Below are positions 1-12,900 of a stretch of DNA of 64,000 nucleotides, in pieces. Under the pieces are notes generated by a model, which made no database searches, was not told where the DNA came from, and saw only the letters and a list, made by a program, of their open reading frames with translations. The stretch lies in the NCBI GenBank assembly GCA_002269645.1, contig NIVC01000070.1, positions 620,001-684,000 of the forward strand, written 5' to 3'. This stretch comes from Macrostomum lignano (Eukaryota). Both the position numbers and the translations under genes were made by a program. The first letter of the stretch is position 1; each line of letters begins with the position of its first letter.

Positions 1-2900
1 TTGAGCTACCTTTGTATCTACCGATTGAGCTACCTTCGTATCTACCGATTGAGCTACCTTCGTATCTACCGATTGAGCTACCTTCGTATCTACCGATTGA
101 GCTACCTTTGTATCTACCGATTGAGCTACCTTCGTATCTACCGATTGAGCTACCTTCGTATCTACCGATTGAGCTACCTTCGTATCTACCGATTGAGCTA
201 CCTTTGTATCTACCGATTGAGCTACCTTCGTATCTACCGATTGAGCTACCTTCGTATCTACCGATTGAGCTACCTTCGTATCTACCGATTGAGCTACCTT
301 TGTATCTACCGATTGAGCTACCTTTGTATCTACCGATTGAGCTACCTTCGTATCTACCGATTGAGCTACCTTTGTATCTACCGATTGAGCTACCTTTGTA
401 TCTACCGATTGAGCTACCTTTGTATCTACCGATTGAGCTACCTTTGTATCTACCGATTGAGCTACCTTCGTATCTACCGATTGAGCTACCTTCGTATCTA
501 CCGATTGAGCTACCTTCGTATCTACCGATTGAGCTACCTTTGTATCTACCGATTGAGCTACCTTCGTATCTACCGATTGAGCTACCTTCGTATCTACCGA
601 TTGAGCTACCTTCGTATCTACCGATTGAGCTACCTTTGTATCTACCGATTGAGCTACCTTCGTATCTACCGATTGAGCTACCTTCGTATCTACCGATTGA
701 GCTACCTTCGTATCTACCGATTGAGCTACCTTTGTATCTACCGATTGAGCTACCTTCGTATCTACCGATTGAGCTACCTTTGTATCTACCGATTGAGCTA
801 CCTTCGTATCTACCGATTGAGCTACCTTCGTATCTACCGATTGAGCTACCTTCGTATCTACCGATTGAGCTACCTTTGTATCTACCGATTGAGCTACCTT
901 CGTATCTACCGATTGAGCTACCTTCGTATCTACCGATTGAGCTACCTTCGTATCTACCGATTGAGCTACCTTTGTATCTACCGATTGAGCTACCTTCGTA
1001 TCTACCGATTGAGCTACCTTTGTATCTACCGATTGAGCTACCTTCGTATCTACCGATTGAGCTACCTTCGTATCTACCGATTGAGCTACCTTCGTATCTA
1101 CCGATTGAGCTACCTTTGTATCTACCGATTGAGCTACCTTCGTATCTACCGATTGAGCTACCTTCGTATCTACCGATTGAGCTACCTTCGTATCTACCGA
1201 TTGAGCTACCTTTGTATCTACCGATTGAGCTACCTTTGTATCTACCGATTGAGCTACCTTCGTATCTACCGATTGAGCTACCTTTGTATCTACCGATTGA
1301 GCTACCTTCGTATCTACCGATTGAGCTACCTTTGTATCTACCGATTGAGCTACCTTTGTATCTACCGATTGAGCTACCTTCGTATCTACCGATTGAGCTA
1401 CCTTCGTATCTACCGATTGAGCTACCTTCGTATCTACCGATTGAGCTACCTTCGTATCTACCGATTGAGCTACCTTTGTATCTACCGATTGAGCTACCTT
1501 CGTATCTACCGATTGAGCTACCTTTGTATCTACCGATTGAGCTACCTTCGTATCTACCGATTGAGCTACCTTCGTATCTACCGATTGAGCTACCTTCGTA
1601 TCTACCGATTGAGCTACCTTTGTATCTACCGATTGAGCTACCTTCGTATCTACCGATTGAGCTACCTTCGTATCTACCGATTGAGCTACCTTCGTATCTA
1701 CCGATTGAGCTACCTTTGTATCTACCGATTGAGCTACCTTCGTATCTACCGATTGAGCTACCTTTGTATCTACCGATTGAGCTACCTTTGTATCTACCGA
1801 TTGAGCTACCTTCGTATCTACCGATTGAGCTACCTTCGTATCTACCGATTGAGCTACCTTTGTATCTACCGATTGAGCTACCTTCGTATCTACCGATTGA
1901 GCTACCTTCGTATCTACCGATTGAGCTACCTTCGTATCTACCGATTGAGCTACCTTTGTATCTACCGATTGAGCTACCTTTGTATCTACCGATTGAGCTA
2001 CCTTCGTATCTACCGATTGAGCTACCTTTGTATCTACCGATTGAGCTACCTTTGTATCTACCGATTGAGCTACCTTCGTATCTACCGATTGAGCTACCTT
2101 TGTATCTACCGATTGAGCTACCTTTGTATCTACCGATTGAGCTACCTTTGTATCTACCGATTGAGCTACCTTTGTATCTACCGATTGAGCTACCTTTGTA
2201 TCTACCGATTGAGCTACCTTCGTATCTACCGATTGAGCTACCTTCGTATCTACCGATTGAGCTACCTTTGTATCTACCGATTGAGCTACCTTCGTATCTA
2301 CCGATTGAGCTACCTTTGTATCTACCGATTGAGCTACCTTTGTATCTACCGATTGAGCTACCTTTGTATCTACCGATTGAGCTACCTTTGTATCTACCGA
2401 TTGAGCTACCTTCGTATCTACCGATTGAGCTACCTTCGTATCTACCGATTGAGCTACCTTTGTATCTACCGATTGAGCTACCTTCGTATCTACCGATTGA
2501 GCTACCTTTGTATCTACCGATTGAGCTACCTTTGTATCTACCGATTGAGCTACCTTTGTATCTACCGATTCAGCTACCTTTGTATCTACCGATTGAGCTA
2601 CCTTCGTATCTACCGATTGAGCTACCTTCGTATCTACCGATTGAGCTACCTTTGTATCTACCGATTGAGCTACCTTCGTATCTACCGATTGAGCTACCTT
2701 CGTATCTACCGATTGAGCTACCTTCGTATCTACCGATTGAGCTACCTTCGTATCTACCGATTGAGCTACCTTTGTATCTACCGATTGAGCTACCTTCGTA
2801 TCTACCGATTGAGCTACCTTCGTATCTACCGATTGAGCTACCTTTGTATCTACCGATTGAGCTACCTTCGTATCTACCGATTGAGCTACCTTCGTATCTA
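1..2900. repeat. 24-bp minisatellite TTGAGCTACCTT(C/T)GTATCTACCGA, ~120 copies, runs off the window; lies in the DHX33-like intron
   Basis: Exact 24-bp period with essentially one C/T polymorphic position (one TTG>TTC variant unit near 2570). The 983/992-aa ORFs are just this unit translated. Confidence 0.98.
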
Positions 2901-3049
2901 CCAATTGTGCTACCAAGATATCTACCATTTGAGCTACCATGGTATCTACTAATTTATCGACCATGCAATCTACCAATTGCAAACAATTGAGCTACCGATA
3001 ACAACTAAAATAGCTAACAACTAATTAAGCTATCAGAGTGTCGAAAGTC

Positions 3050-4017
3050 AAGCCACTACAATATCTACTCACAAAGCTACTACAATATCTACTCACACGG
3101 CCACTACAATATCTACTCACACAGCTACTACAATATCTACTCACAAATCTACTGCAATATCTACTCACAAGGCTACCACAATATCTACTCACAAAGCTAC
3201 TACAATATCTACTCACAAAGCCACTATAATATCTACTCACACGGCCACTACAATATCTACTCACACGGCCACTACAAAATCTACTCACACAGCTACCACA
3301 ATATCTACTCACAAAGCTACTACAATATCTACTCACAAAGCTACTACAATATCTACTCACACAGCTACTACAATATCTACTCACAAATCTACTACAATAT
3401 CTACTCACAAAGCCACTACAATATCTAGTCACAAAGCTACTGCAATATCTACTCACAAGGCTACCACAATATCTACTCACAAGGCTACCACAATATCTAC
3501 TCACAAAGCTACTACAATATCTACTCACAAAGCCACTACAATATCTACTCACACAGCTACTACAATATCTACTCACAAAGCCACTACAATATCTAGTCAC
3601 AAAGCTACTGCAATATCTACTCACAAGGCTACCACAATATCTACTCACAAGGCTACCACAATATCTACTCACACAGCTACTACAATATCTACTCACAAAG
3701 CCACTACAATATCTACTCACAAAGCTACTACAATATCTACTCACACGGCCACTAAAATATCTACTCACAAAGCTACTACAATATCTACTCACAAAGCCAC
3801 CACAATATCTACTCACAAAGCTACTACAATATCTACTCACAAAGCCACCACAATATCTACTCACAAAGCTACTACAATATCTACTCACAAGGCTACTACA
3901 ATATCTACTCACGAGGCTACTACAATATCTACTCACAAAGCCACTACAATATCTACTCGCGAGGCTACTACAATATCTACTCACACAGCTACTACAATAT
4001 CTACTCACAAAGCTACC
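3050..4017. repeat. 24-bp minisatellite, consensus CAAAGCTACTACAATATCTACTCA, ~40 copies with several variants
   Basis: 24-bp period visible directly; ends about 40 bp from the splice donor at 4057. Confidence 0.96.
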
Positions 4018-4057
4018 AGAATACCTCAATACCCACAACAGACAGGCAGACACTCAC

Positions 4058-5591
4058 CAGTAAGATACACCAGCTTGCTACCGGGAAAGAACCTACAGAA
4101 TGGCTCAGGATCCAAGGTGGCTGACATTACCACCACCCGAAGCTCCGGCCGCTTATGCATAGCCAATTTCACAACGCCAAACAGTAAATCCGTGGCCAGA
4201 CTCCTCTCGTGAGCTTCATCCAGTACAATGTGAGTGTAGCGAGTCAGCTGCGGATCCAGCAGGGACTCTCGCAGCAGCATGCCATCGGTCAGGAAAGTCA
4301 AAGCAGTGCCGGGCTTAACGCATTCTTCGAATCGGACCTGAATTTATGGGGTAGAGTGGATGGCAGCAGGGGTAGAGTGGATGGCAGCAGGGGTAGAGTG
4401 GAGGGGAACAGGGGTAGAGTGGATGAGAGCAGGGATAGAGTGAATGGGAACAGGGGTAGAGTGGATGAGAGCAGGGATAGAGTGAATGGGAACAGGGGTA
4501 GAGTGGATGGGAAGCAGGGTAGAGTGGATGGGAAGCAGGGTAGAGTGGAGGGGAACAGGGGTAGAGTGGATGGGAGCAGGGGTAGAGTGGATGGGAAGCA
4601 GGGGTAGAGTGGATGGGAAGCAGGGGTAGAGTGGATGGGAGCAGGGGTAGAGTGGAAGGGAACAGGGGTAGAGTGGATGGGAAGCAGGGGTAGAGTGGAT
4701 GGGAAGCAGGGGTAGAGTGGATGGGAAGCAGGGGTAGAGTGGATGGGAAGCAGGGGTAGAGTGGATGGGAAGCAGGGGTAGAGTGGATGGGAAGCAGGGG
4801 TAGAGTGGATGGGAAGCAGGGGTAGAGCGGAAGGGAACAGGGGTAGAGTGGATGGGAAGCAGGGGTAGAGTGGAAGGGAAAAGGGGTAGAGTGGATGAGT
4901 AGCAGGGGTAGAGTGGATGGGAAGCAGGGGTAGAGTGGATGGGAACAGGGGTAGAGTGGATGGGAAGCAGGGGTAGAGTGGATGGGTAGAGTGGAGAGCA
5001 GTAAACATCACCTTAGAAAACCAACAACAACCAGTGCATCAAACAAACCTTGTAGCCAACAAAGGAACCAAGCGGCCCATTGTTGGCCTCCAGTGCCACT
5101 CGCTGAGCCAAACTGATCGCGGCAATGCGCCTCGGCTGAGTGATAGCTACCCGGGTCTGCTTGCTGCCCGAGGCTGCTTCTAAAAGAAACTGCGGCACCT
5201 GCGTACTCTTGCCAGATCCGGTGGACGATATCAAAACTAAACACCTGTGCTGCCGGATGCAGGCCAGCAGGTCGCGCCTGTGCTGCCAAATTGGCAAACT
5301 GCGCCTCTCTTCTAGAAGAGGGTTGTTATCGGCAATACTACTAGCTCTAGTAGTAGTTAATGGATTCGTATCCGCGGTCATGTCAGCAGCAGCAGGACGA
5401 GTTTGATGATGTTGTTTCTGCAATTTCATCTTCTTTAATAACATCTTTTGCTGTTTGCGATGCTTTGCTTTGCTTTGATTTTGTACAGAATGCTGTTGCT
5501 GCTGCTGCCGCAGATCTTGCTTCTTCTGTTGCTTGTGACCGTGACCGTGACGGTGCTTGTGCTTTGGCTTGTGCTTGCCGCCTTTGCTCAT
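4058..5591 (-). CDS. DHX33: DEAH-box RNA helicase, DHX33-like, 5' part only (exons 5591-5049 and 4337-4058; continues beyond window start)
   Basis: Spliced product has STGSGKST (motif I), [27 protein letters not shown] and MSAT. LFGVVK matches my recollection of DHX33. Junctions: AAG|GTTTG, ttcag|GTC, TG|GTGAGT. K/H-rich N-terminus. Acceptor-like ttttag 19 nt upstream of the ATG. Confidence 0.85.
4348..4992. repeat. 21-22-bp G-rich minisatellite GGGGTAGAGTGGATGGGAAGCA, ~29 copies, filling DHX33-like intron 1 (4338-5048)
   Basis: Direct inspection; pyrimidine-rich on the transcribed strand. Confidence 0.96.
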
Positions 5592-5643
5592 TGCTGGGTT
5601 AGCTTTCTGCCTAAAACAGAAATTATGGACATGAAATACCATG

Positions 5644-6540
5644 AGAGGGCGATTCTCAACTAGACTTTAATACTTTGAACCTAAAGAAAGAGGGCGATTC
5701 TCAATGAGATTCCGAGACTAGGTGCTGAGATTGAGGGCTATTCTCAATGAGATTCGAGACTAACTGCTGAGATTGAGGGCTATTCTCAATGAGATTCGAG
5801 ACTAGCTGATGAGATTCGAGGGCGATTCTCAATGAGATTCGAGACTAACTGATGAGATTCGAGGGCGATTCTCAATGAGATTCGAGACTAACTGATAAGA
5901 TTAAGGGCGATTCTCAATGAGATTCGAGACTAGCTGATAAGATTGAGGGCGATTCTCAATGAGATTCGAGACTAACTGATAAGATTGAGGGCGATTCTTA
6001 ATGAGATTCGAGACTAACTGATAAGATTGAGGGCGATTCTCAATGAGATTCGAGACTAACTGATGAGATTGAGGGCGATTCTCAATGAGATTCGAGACTA
6101 ACTGATGAGATTGAGGGCGATTCTTAATGAGATTCGAGACTAACTGATAAGATTGAGGGCGATTCTCAATGAGATTCGAGACTAACTGATAAGATTGAGG
6201 GCGATTCTCAATGAGATTCGAGACTAACTGCTGAGATTGAGTGCGATTCTCAATGAGATTCGAGACTAACTGATGAGATTGGGGGCGATTCTCAATGAGA
6301 TTCGAGACTAAATGATGAGATTGGGGGCGATTCTCAATGAGATTCGAGACTAACTGCTGAGATTGAGGGCGATTCTCAATGAGATTCGAGACTAACTGCT
6401 GAGATTGAGGGCGATTCTCAATGAGATTCGAGGGCTATTCTCAATGAGATTCGAGACTAAATGATGAGATTGGGGGCGATTCTCAATGAGATTCGAGACT
6501 AACTGCTGAGATTGAGGGCGATTCTCAATGAGATTCGAGG
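5644..6540. repeat. 42-bp minisatellite ATGAGATTCGAGACTAACTGATRAGATTGAGGGCGATTCTCA, ~21 copies, between the phosphorylase 3' end and the DHX33-like start
   Basis: 42-bp period visible directly. Confidence 0.96.
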
Positions 6541-6937
6541 CTGGCCCTCATTGTTGTGAATCGCAGGACAACCTCCTACGAGCCAACCTATAAATTACTT
6601 AAAGTAGCAAACAATCAAACGAAAAAGACAAGCAATAAAAAGTTAATTTGAAACAAAATATAATCAGCTAGCAGAAAAAAAATTATATTTCGACTTGTTT
6701 GTTTATATCATGGCAAACTAAAATGCAAGACAGCTTGAGAGCTCACTGGTCCAAAGAAATATAGGAAGAATATAAAAATGTGTAAATATGAATTGAAAAC
6801 AAAAATATGTAGGTTGGCTACTATACAAATGCACTATATAGAATAAAATATGATTCTAGATGCGATTTTCTGGAGAATTTTGCGCTACAAAAATTAAAGC
6901 AGTAAATTTTGTCTCGAGCAGCTTCAGTCACTTTGAG

Positions 6938-9900
6938 TCAGTTGGTCTCTTCGGCAGAGGCGCCGAACTGGCTTAGAGGCGACTCGTGGGGGGCTGGCAG
7001 CTTAATACCGTGCGGGTCCACGTTCCAGATGTCCTTGGCGTACTCGCTGATTGTCCGGTCAGAGGAGAATTTCCCAGCCGCGGCAATGTTCAGCAGGCAC
7101 ATGCGGGACCACTTTGCCTGGTCCTGGGGGGGGGGGGGGGGTTGATGCCAGCAGGTTGAATAATGTCACAATATCCTGGCCTGAAAATTGCCCCCTAATA
7201 TCCTCACCTGATAATTATCCCAAAATCCCATAATTCACAAATTATCCAAAATTCCCATAATCTACAAATCATCATAAAATCCCATAATCTAGAAACTATT
7301 CCAAAATACCTTAATTTACAATTATTTAAATATCCCTTAATCTACAATTGTAGATTGTCGTAGATTATAGATTATATATAATTGTAGATGTCATAATCGT
7401 ACAAATTATCCTAATGTCCCACAGTATACAAATTATCCCAATATCCCACAATCTAGAAATTATCCCAATATCCAAAAATCTAAATATTAGCCCAATATCC
7501 CATAATATACAAATTATCCCAATATCCCATAAACTACAAATTATCCCAATATCCCATAATCTACAAATTATACCAATATCCCATAAACTACAAATTATCC
7601 CAATATACCACAATCTACAAATTATCCCAATATCCAATAATCTACATATTAGCCCAATATCCCATAATATACAAATTATCCCAATATCCCATAATATACA
7701 AATTATCCCAATACCCCATAATCTATAAATCATCCTAAAATCCCATAATCTACAAATCATCCTAAAATCCCATAATCTACAAATCATCCAAAAAATCCCA
7801 TAATCTACAAATTATCCCAATATACCACAATCTAAAAATTATCCCAATATCCAATCATCTACATATTAGCCCAATATCCCATAATATACAAATTATCCCA
7901 ATATCCAATAATCTACAAATTATCCCAATATCCCATAATCTACAAAGTATCCCAATATCCCATTATCTACAAACTATCCCAATACCCCATAATCTATAAA
8001 TCATCCTAAAATCCCATAATCTACAAATCATCCTAAAATCCCATAATCTACAAATCATCCTAAAATCCCATAATCTACAAATTATCCCAATATCCCATAA
8101 ACTACAAATTATCCCAATATCCCATAATCTACAAATTAACCCAATATCCCATACTCTACAAATTATCCCAATATCCAATAATCTACATATTAGCCCAATA
8201 TCCCATAACATACAAATTATCCCAATATCCTATAATCTACTAATTATCTCATTATCCCATAAACTACAAATTATCCCAATATCCCATAATCTACAAATTA
8301 TCCCAATATCCCATAATCTACAAATTATACCAAAATCCCATAAACTACAAATTATCCCAATATCCCCAGTCTACAAATTATCCCAATATCCAATAATCTA
8401 CATATTAGCCCAATATCCCATAATATACAAATTATCCCAATATCCTATAATCTACTAATTATCTCATTATCCCATAAACTACAAATTATCCCAATATCCC
8501 ATAAACTACAAATCATCCTAAAATCCCATAATCTACAAATCATCCTAAAATCCCATAATCTACAAATTATCCCATCTCTACCTATAAAAATCAAAATTAT
8601 TCCATAAACTAAAAATTATCCCAATATTCCATAATCTACAAATTATCCTAATATCTCATAATCTACTAATTATCCCAATATTCCCAATCTACAAATCATT
8701 CTGAATACTAATAAAAATCCAGAGATCAGATCAAGTAGTTCAAGCCTTACCAAGTAGGTTTCAGCAGCGAGGTCCTGAGCTCGAATATAATCCTTATAGT
8801 CGGCCAGAAGCATGAACCGGTCGTGATACACTAAACTGTCGAAGACGTCGCGAAACAGGCCGGCATTGTCGGGCGGCGAGAACACCCCGTCGCGAATCAT
8901 GTCGAGACAGCGGCGCAGCTCGGGGCTCGAAGCGTAATGGTCCGCAGGCCGGTAGCCGCTGCGAGACAAAGCTTCGACTTCTTCAACCGACATGCCGAAC
9001 ACGAACATATTCTCGCGGCCCATCTCTTCGCACATTTCCACATTGGCGCCGTCCATTGTGCCGATAGTGAGGGCGCCATTGAGCATGAACTTCATGTTGC
9101 CGGTGCCGGACGCCTCCGTACCGGCTGTGCTGATCTGCTCGGACAGGTCCGCCGCTGGGAAGATTTTCTCGGCCAGGCTGACTCGATAGTTTTCTAAGAA
9201 TAGCACCCGCAGGCGATTGCCAACAATGGGATCATTGTTAATAACTTTAGCCACCGAGTTGATTAGTTTGATAATTAATTTGGCCATGTGGTAGCCCGGG
9301 GCAGCTTTGCCGCCGATCATCACCGTTCTGGGCACGAATTTGCACTTGGGGTTGTCACGGATGCGGTTGTACAGGGTGATCACGTGCAGACAGTTCAGCA
9401 GCTGCCGCTTGTACTCGTGAATGCGCTTTACCTGGGGGAGTTATAATTAATAATGAATAGGTGTGAAGTCACTCTGTAATTAATAATGAAAAGGTGTGAA
9501 TTCACTCTGTAATTAATAATGAAAAGGTGTGAATTCACTCTGTAATTAATAATGAAAAGGTGTGAAGTCACTCTGTAATTAATAATGACCAGGTGTGAAG
9601 TCACTCTGTAATTAAAAATGAAAAGGTGTGAAGTCACTCTGTAATTAAACAATGACCATGTGTGAAGTCACTCTGTAATTAAACAATGACCAGGTGTGAA
9701 GTCACTCTGTAGTCAACTAGACAATGACCAGGTGTGAAGTCACTCTGTAATTAATAATGAAAAGGTGTGAAGTCACTCTGTAATTAATAATGACAAGGTG
9801 TGAAGTCACTCTGTAATTAATAATGAAAAGGTGTGAAGTCACTCTGTAATTAATAATGACAAGGTGTGAAGTCACTCTGTAATTATTAATGACAAGGTGT

Positions 9901-12900
9901 GAAGTCACTCTGTAATTAAACAATGACCAGGTGTGAAGTCACTCTGTAGTCAACTAGACAATGACCAGGTGTGAAGTCACTCTGTAATTAATAATGACCA
10001 GGTGTGAAGTCACTCTGTAAATGGAAATGATTTCATCCTTGAGAAAAATATGCGCTAATTCAAGAGCTCGGAGGTGGGCGGTCTCACCTGAATGTCGAAC
10101 ATACTGGAAGGATCAATCTTCACTTTGAATTCTCGCATTACAAAATCGGCAAATTTTCGTTTAGCCTGGGACTTCACTTTGACCAGCTCGCGCAGGACGT
10201 GCTCGTTGTCTTGAAAGTCGGTCAGCTGGCGGAGCTGGTCCAGATCGGTGATCCAAGCCGGCCCGATCTTGTCGCTGAGCAGGTCGCTGAGTCCGGGATT
10301 GCACAGCAGCAGCCAGCGGCGAGGCGTGATGCCGTTGGTTTTATTCTGGAATCGCTCGGGCCACAGCTCGTAGAAGTCCTTGAAAACGTGCTTCTTGATG
10401 AGGTCGGAGTGGATTCTGGAAAGTCAAGGACGGTAAAAAACTGAGGATCTGGGAGGCTGGCCCAGCAACTACAGGATCTGGGAGGCTGGCCCAGCAACTA
10501 AGGATCTGAGAGGCTGGCCCAGCAACTGAGGATCTGGGAGGCTGGCCCAGCAACTGAGGGTCTGGGAGGCTGGCCCAGCAACTGACACTCTGGGAGGCTG
10601 GCCCAGCAACTGAGGATCTGGGAGGCTGGCCCAGCAACTGAGGATCTGGAAGGCTGGCCCAGCAACTGAGGATCTGGGAGGCTGGCCCAGCAACTGAGGG
10701 TCTGGGAGGCTGGCCCAGCAACTGAGGGTCTGGGAGGCTGGCCCAGCAACTGAGGGTCTGGGAGGCTGGCCAAGCAACTGACACTCTGGAAGGCTGGCCC
10801 AGCAACTGAGGATCTGGGAGGCTGGCCCAGCAACTGAGAATCTGGGAGGCTGGCCCAGCAACTGAGGATCTGGGAGGCTGGCCAAGCAACTGAGGATCCG
10901 TAAAAAATCTCACCTGGCGACTCCATTAACAGCGTGGCTGCCAACCACGCACAGGTAGGCCATGTTGATGCGCTTGCAGCCGTCCTCTTCAACCAGGCTC
11001 ATCCGCCTGATGCGATCCATGTCGCCCGGATACCGCTCGGATACGTAGGCCAGGAAGCGCTGATTGATGTCGTAAATTATCTCCAGGTGTCTGGAAGAAA
11101 TATGTTAATTGTTGTATTGAAGCGTATGATGAGAATCGTTTAAAGAAAAATAAATAGATCATTTAATTATGTCAAAAATATTCGGACCATTATGATCTAG
11201 ATCATCTAAAGTCGAGTCACTCAGTTCTTCAGTTCTAAAGTCATTAAAGGATCAGCAGTTTTGGGCCATCATAAATTTGGGTCATGCAGTTCTGGGTCAT
11301 CAATGAATTTGGTCATGCAGTTCTGGGTCATCAATGAATTTTTGGTGATGCAGTTCTGGGTCATCAATGAATTTTGGGTCATGCAGTTCTAAGTCATTAA
11401 TCAAGTTTGGGTCATACAACTCTGGGTCATCAATGAATTTTGGGTCATGCAGTTCTGAGTCATCAATGAATTTTGAGTCATGCAGTTCTGGATCAAAATG
11501 AATGATGGGTCCTGCAGTTCTGGGTCATCAATGAATTTTGGGTCATGCAGTTCTGAGTCATCAATGAATTTTGAGTCATGCAGTTCTGGGTCATACAGTT
11601 CTGAGTCCTCAATGAATTATGGGTCACGCAGTTCTGGGTCATCAATGAAGTTGAGGTCACGCAGTTCATCAAGATTTTAAAATCCAACTAAATCAATAAA
11701 AAATTCACCTTGGCAAGCACTTGGCCAGAGTCTGCACAGGCCAGCGCTCCAGAGCCTCAGGCAGTATGGTGTGATTCGTATAGGCAAACGTGGCAACGCA
11801 GATGCTCCAAGCCGCATCCCAGGCCAGCTTCTCCTGATCGATGAAGATTCGCATCAGCTCGGGTATGGCTAAGCTGGGATGCGTGTCATTCAACTGAATG
11901 GCTACTTTGTCGGCGAAATTATCGAAACAATGATTGTAGGATTTCGAATTGCGAAATCTTCGAATAATATCCTGCAGAGTAGCCGCTACCAGGAAGTACT
12001 CCTGCTTGAGTCGCAGCTCTTTGCCCTCAAAGAAGTTATCGTTAGGATAGAGCACTCTGCTGATATTCTCAGCCTGATTGCGGTCGCACACGGCCGAGAT
12101 GTACTCGCCGGAGTTGAACGAGTGCAAATTGAAGCTCTGGGGAGCTTTGGCGGTCCACAGACGCAGCGTGTTGCAGTTGTTGTTGCCAAAGCTGCATAAG
12201 GGGTGGCAGTTTATTGAGTTCAAGACCGAAGGTCAATAAAGTTCAGATTAATATAAGGCAGAGGGAGCTGCATTACATTTCAATTTAATCGATACATATC
12301 GGCTACTATGACCAGCGTTACATTTTATATTTTCGATACACATCGGCTACTATGACCTGCATTTAAATTTCTATAGATTCGATACATATCGGTGGCTAAG
12401 GCCTGCATCTACTGACAAGGCGAGAGCTCACCCAGGCACTGGCGTGTCATACGGCATGGCCAGCACAGTCTGTGCGTCAACCCAGCGCTTCGAGCCGTCC
12501 GGTCCGACATCAACGCGACCATAGAAACTAATCGGCAGCAGGTACTCCGGCCGGGCCTTCTCCCACGGATTTCCGAATCTCAGCCAATCGTCTGGCTCCT
12601 CGACCTGTAAACCAAATTCATGCATCTTGCTGTTAAAAGTCTACTTGAAGTAATACGTTCAGCAAAGAGAATCTCTAGGTCCCTAGGGGCCTAAGGGGGT
12701 CGCTTCACAAGCTCTAAATTTCCCAACCTTGAAAACCTATGAAGCTTATGAAGTCGCCTGCTAAAATGGTTTAGTCACTAGCGTCGCGCCCAGATTCGTT
12801 GCAGGTAACACAAAAAATAGAACTGAAAGAAGTGACTCTAGAGGACTCTAAAACGACGAGATTTCGTGGAACAGGGCGCCAAAAAGTCGCCGTCGTTTGA

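Noticed and set aside
1-2900. C/T variant as evidence of ongoing CpG methylation, or as an information-bearing code
   Set aside because: The second CpG in the unit is invariant, and block duplication explains the order without any function.
1-4053. 983-aa, 992-aa and 342-aa ORFs
   Set aside because: Translations of stop-free 24-bp tandem units inside a helicase intron; no unique sequence or coding context.
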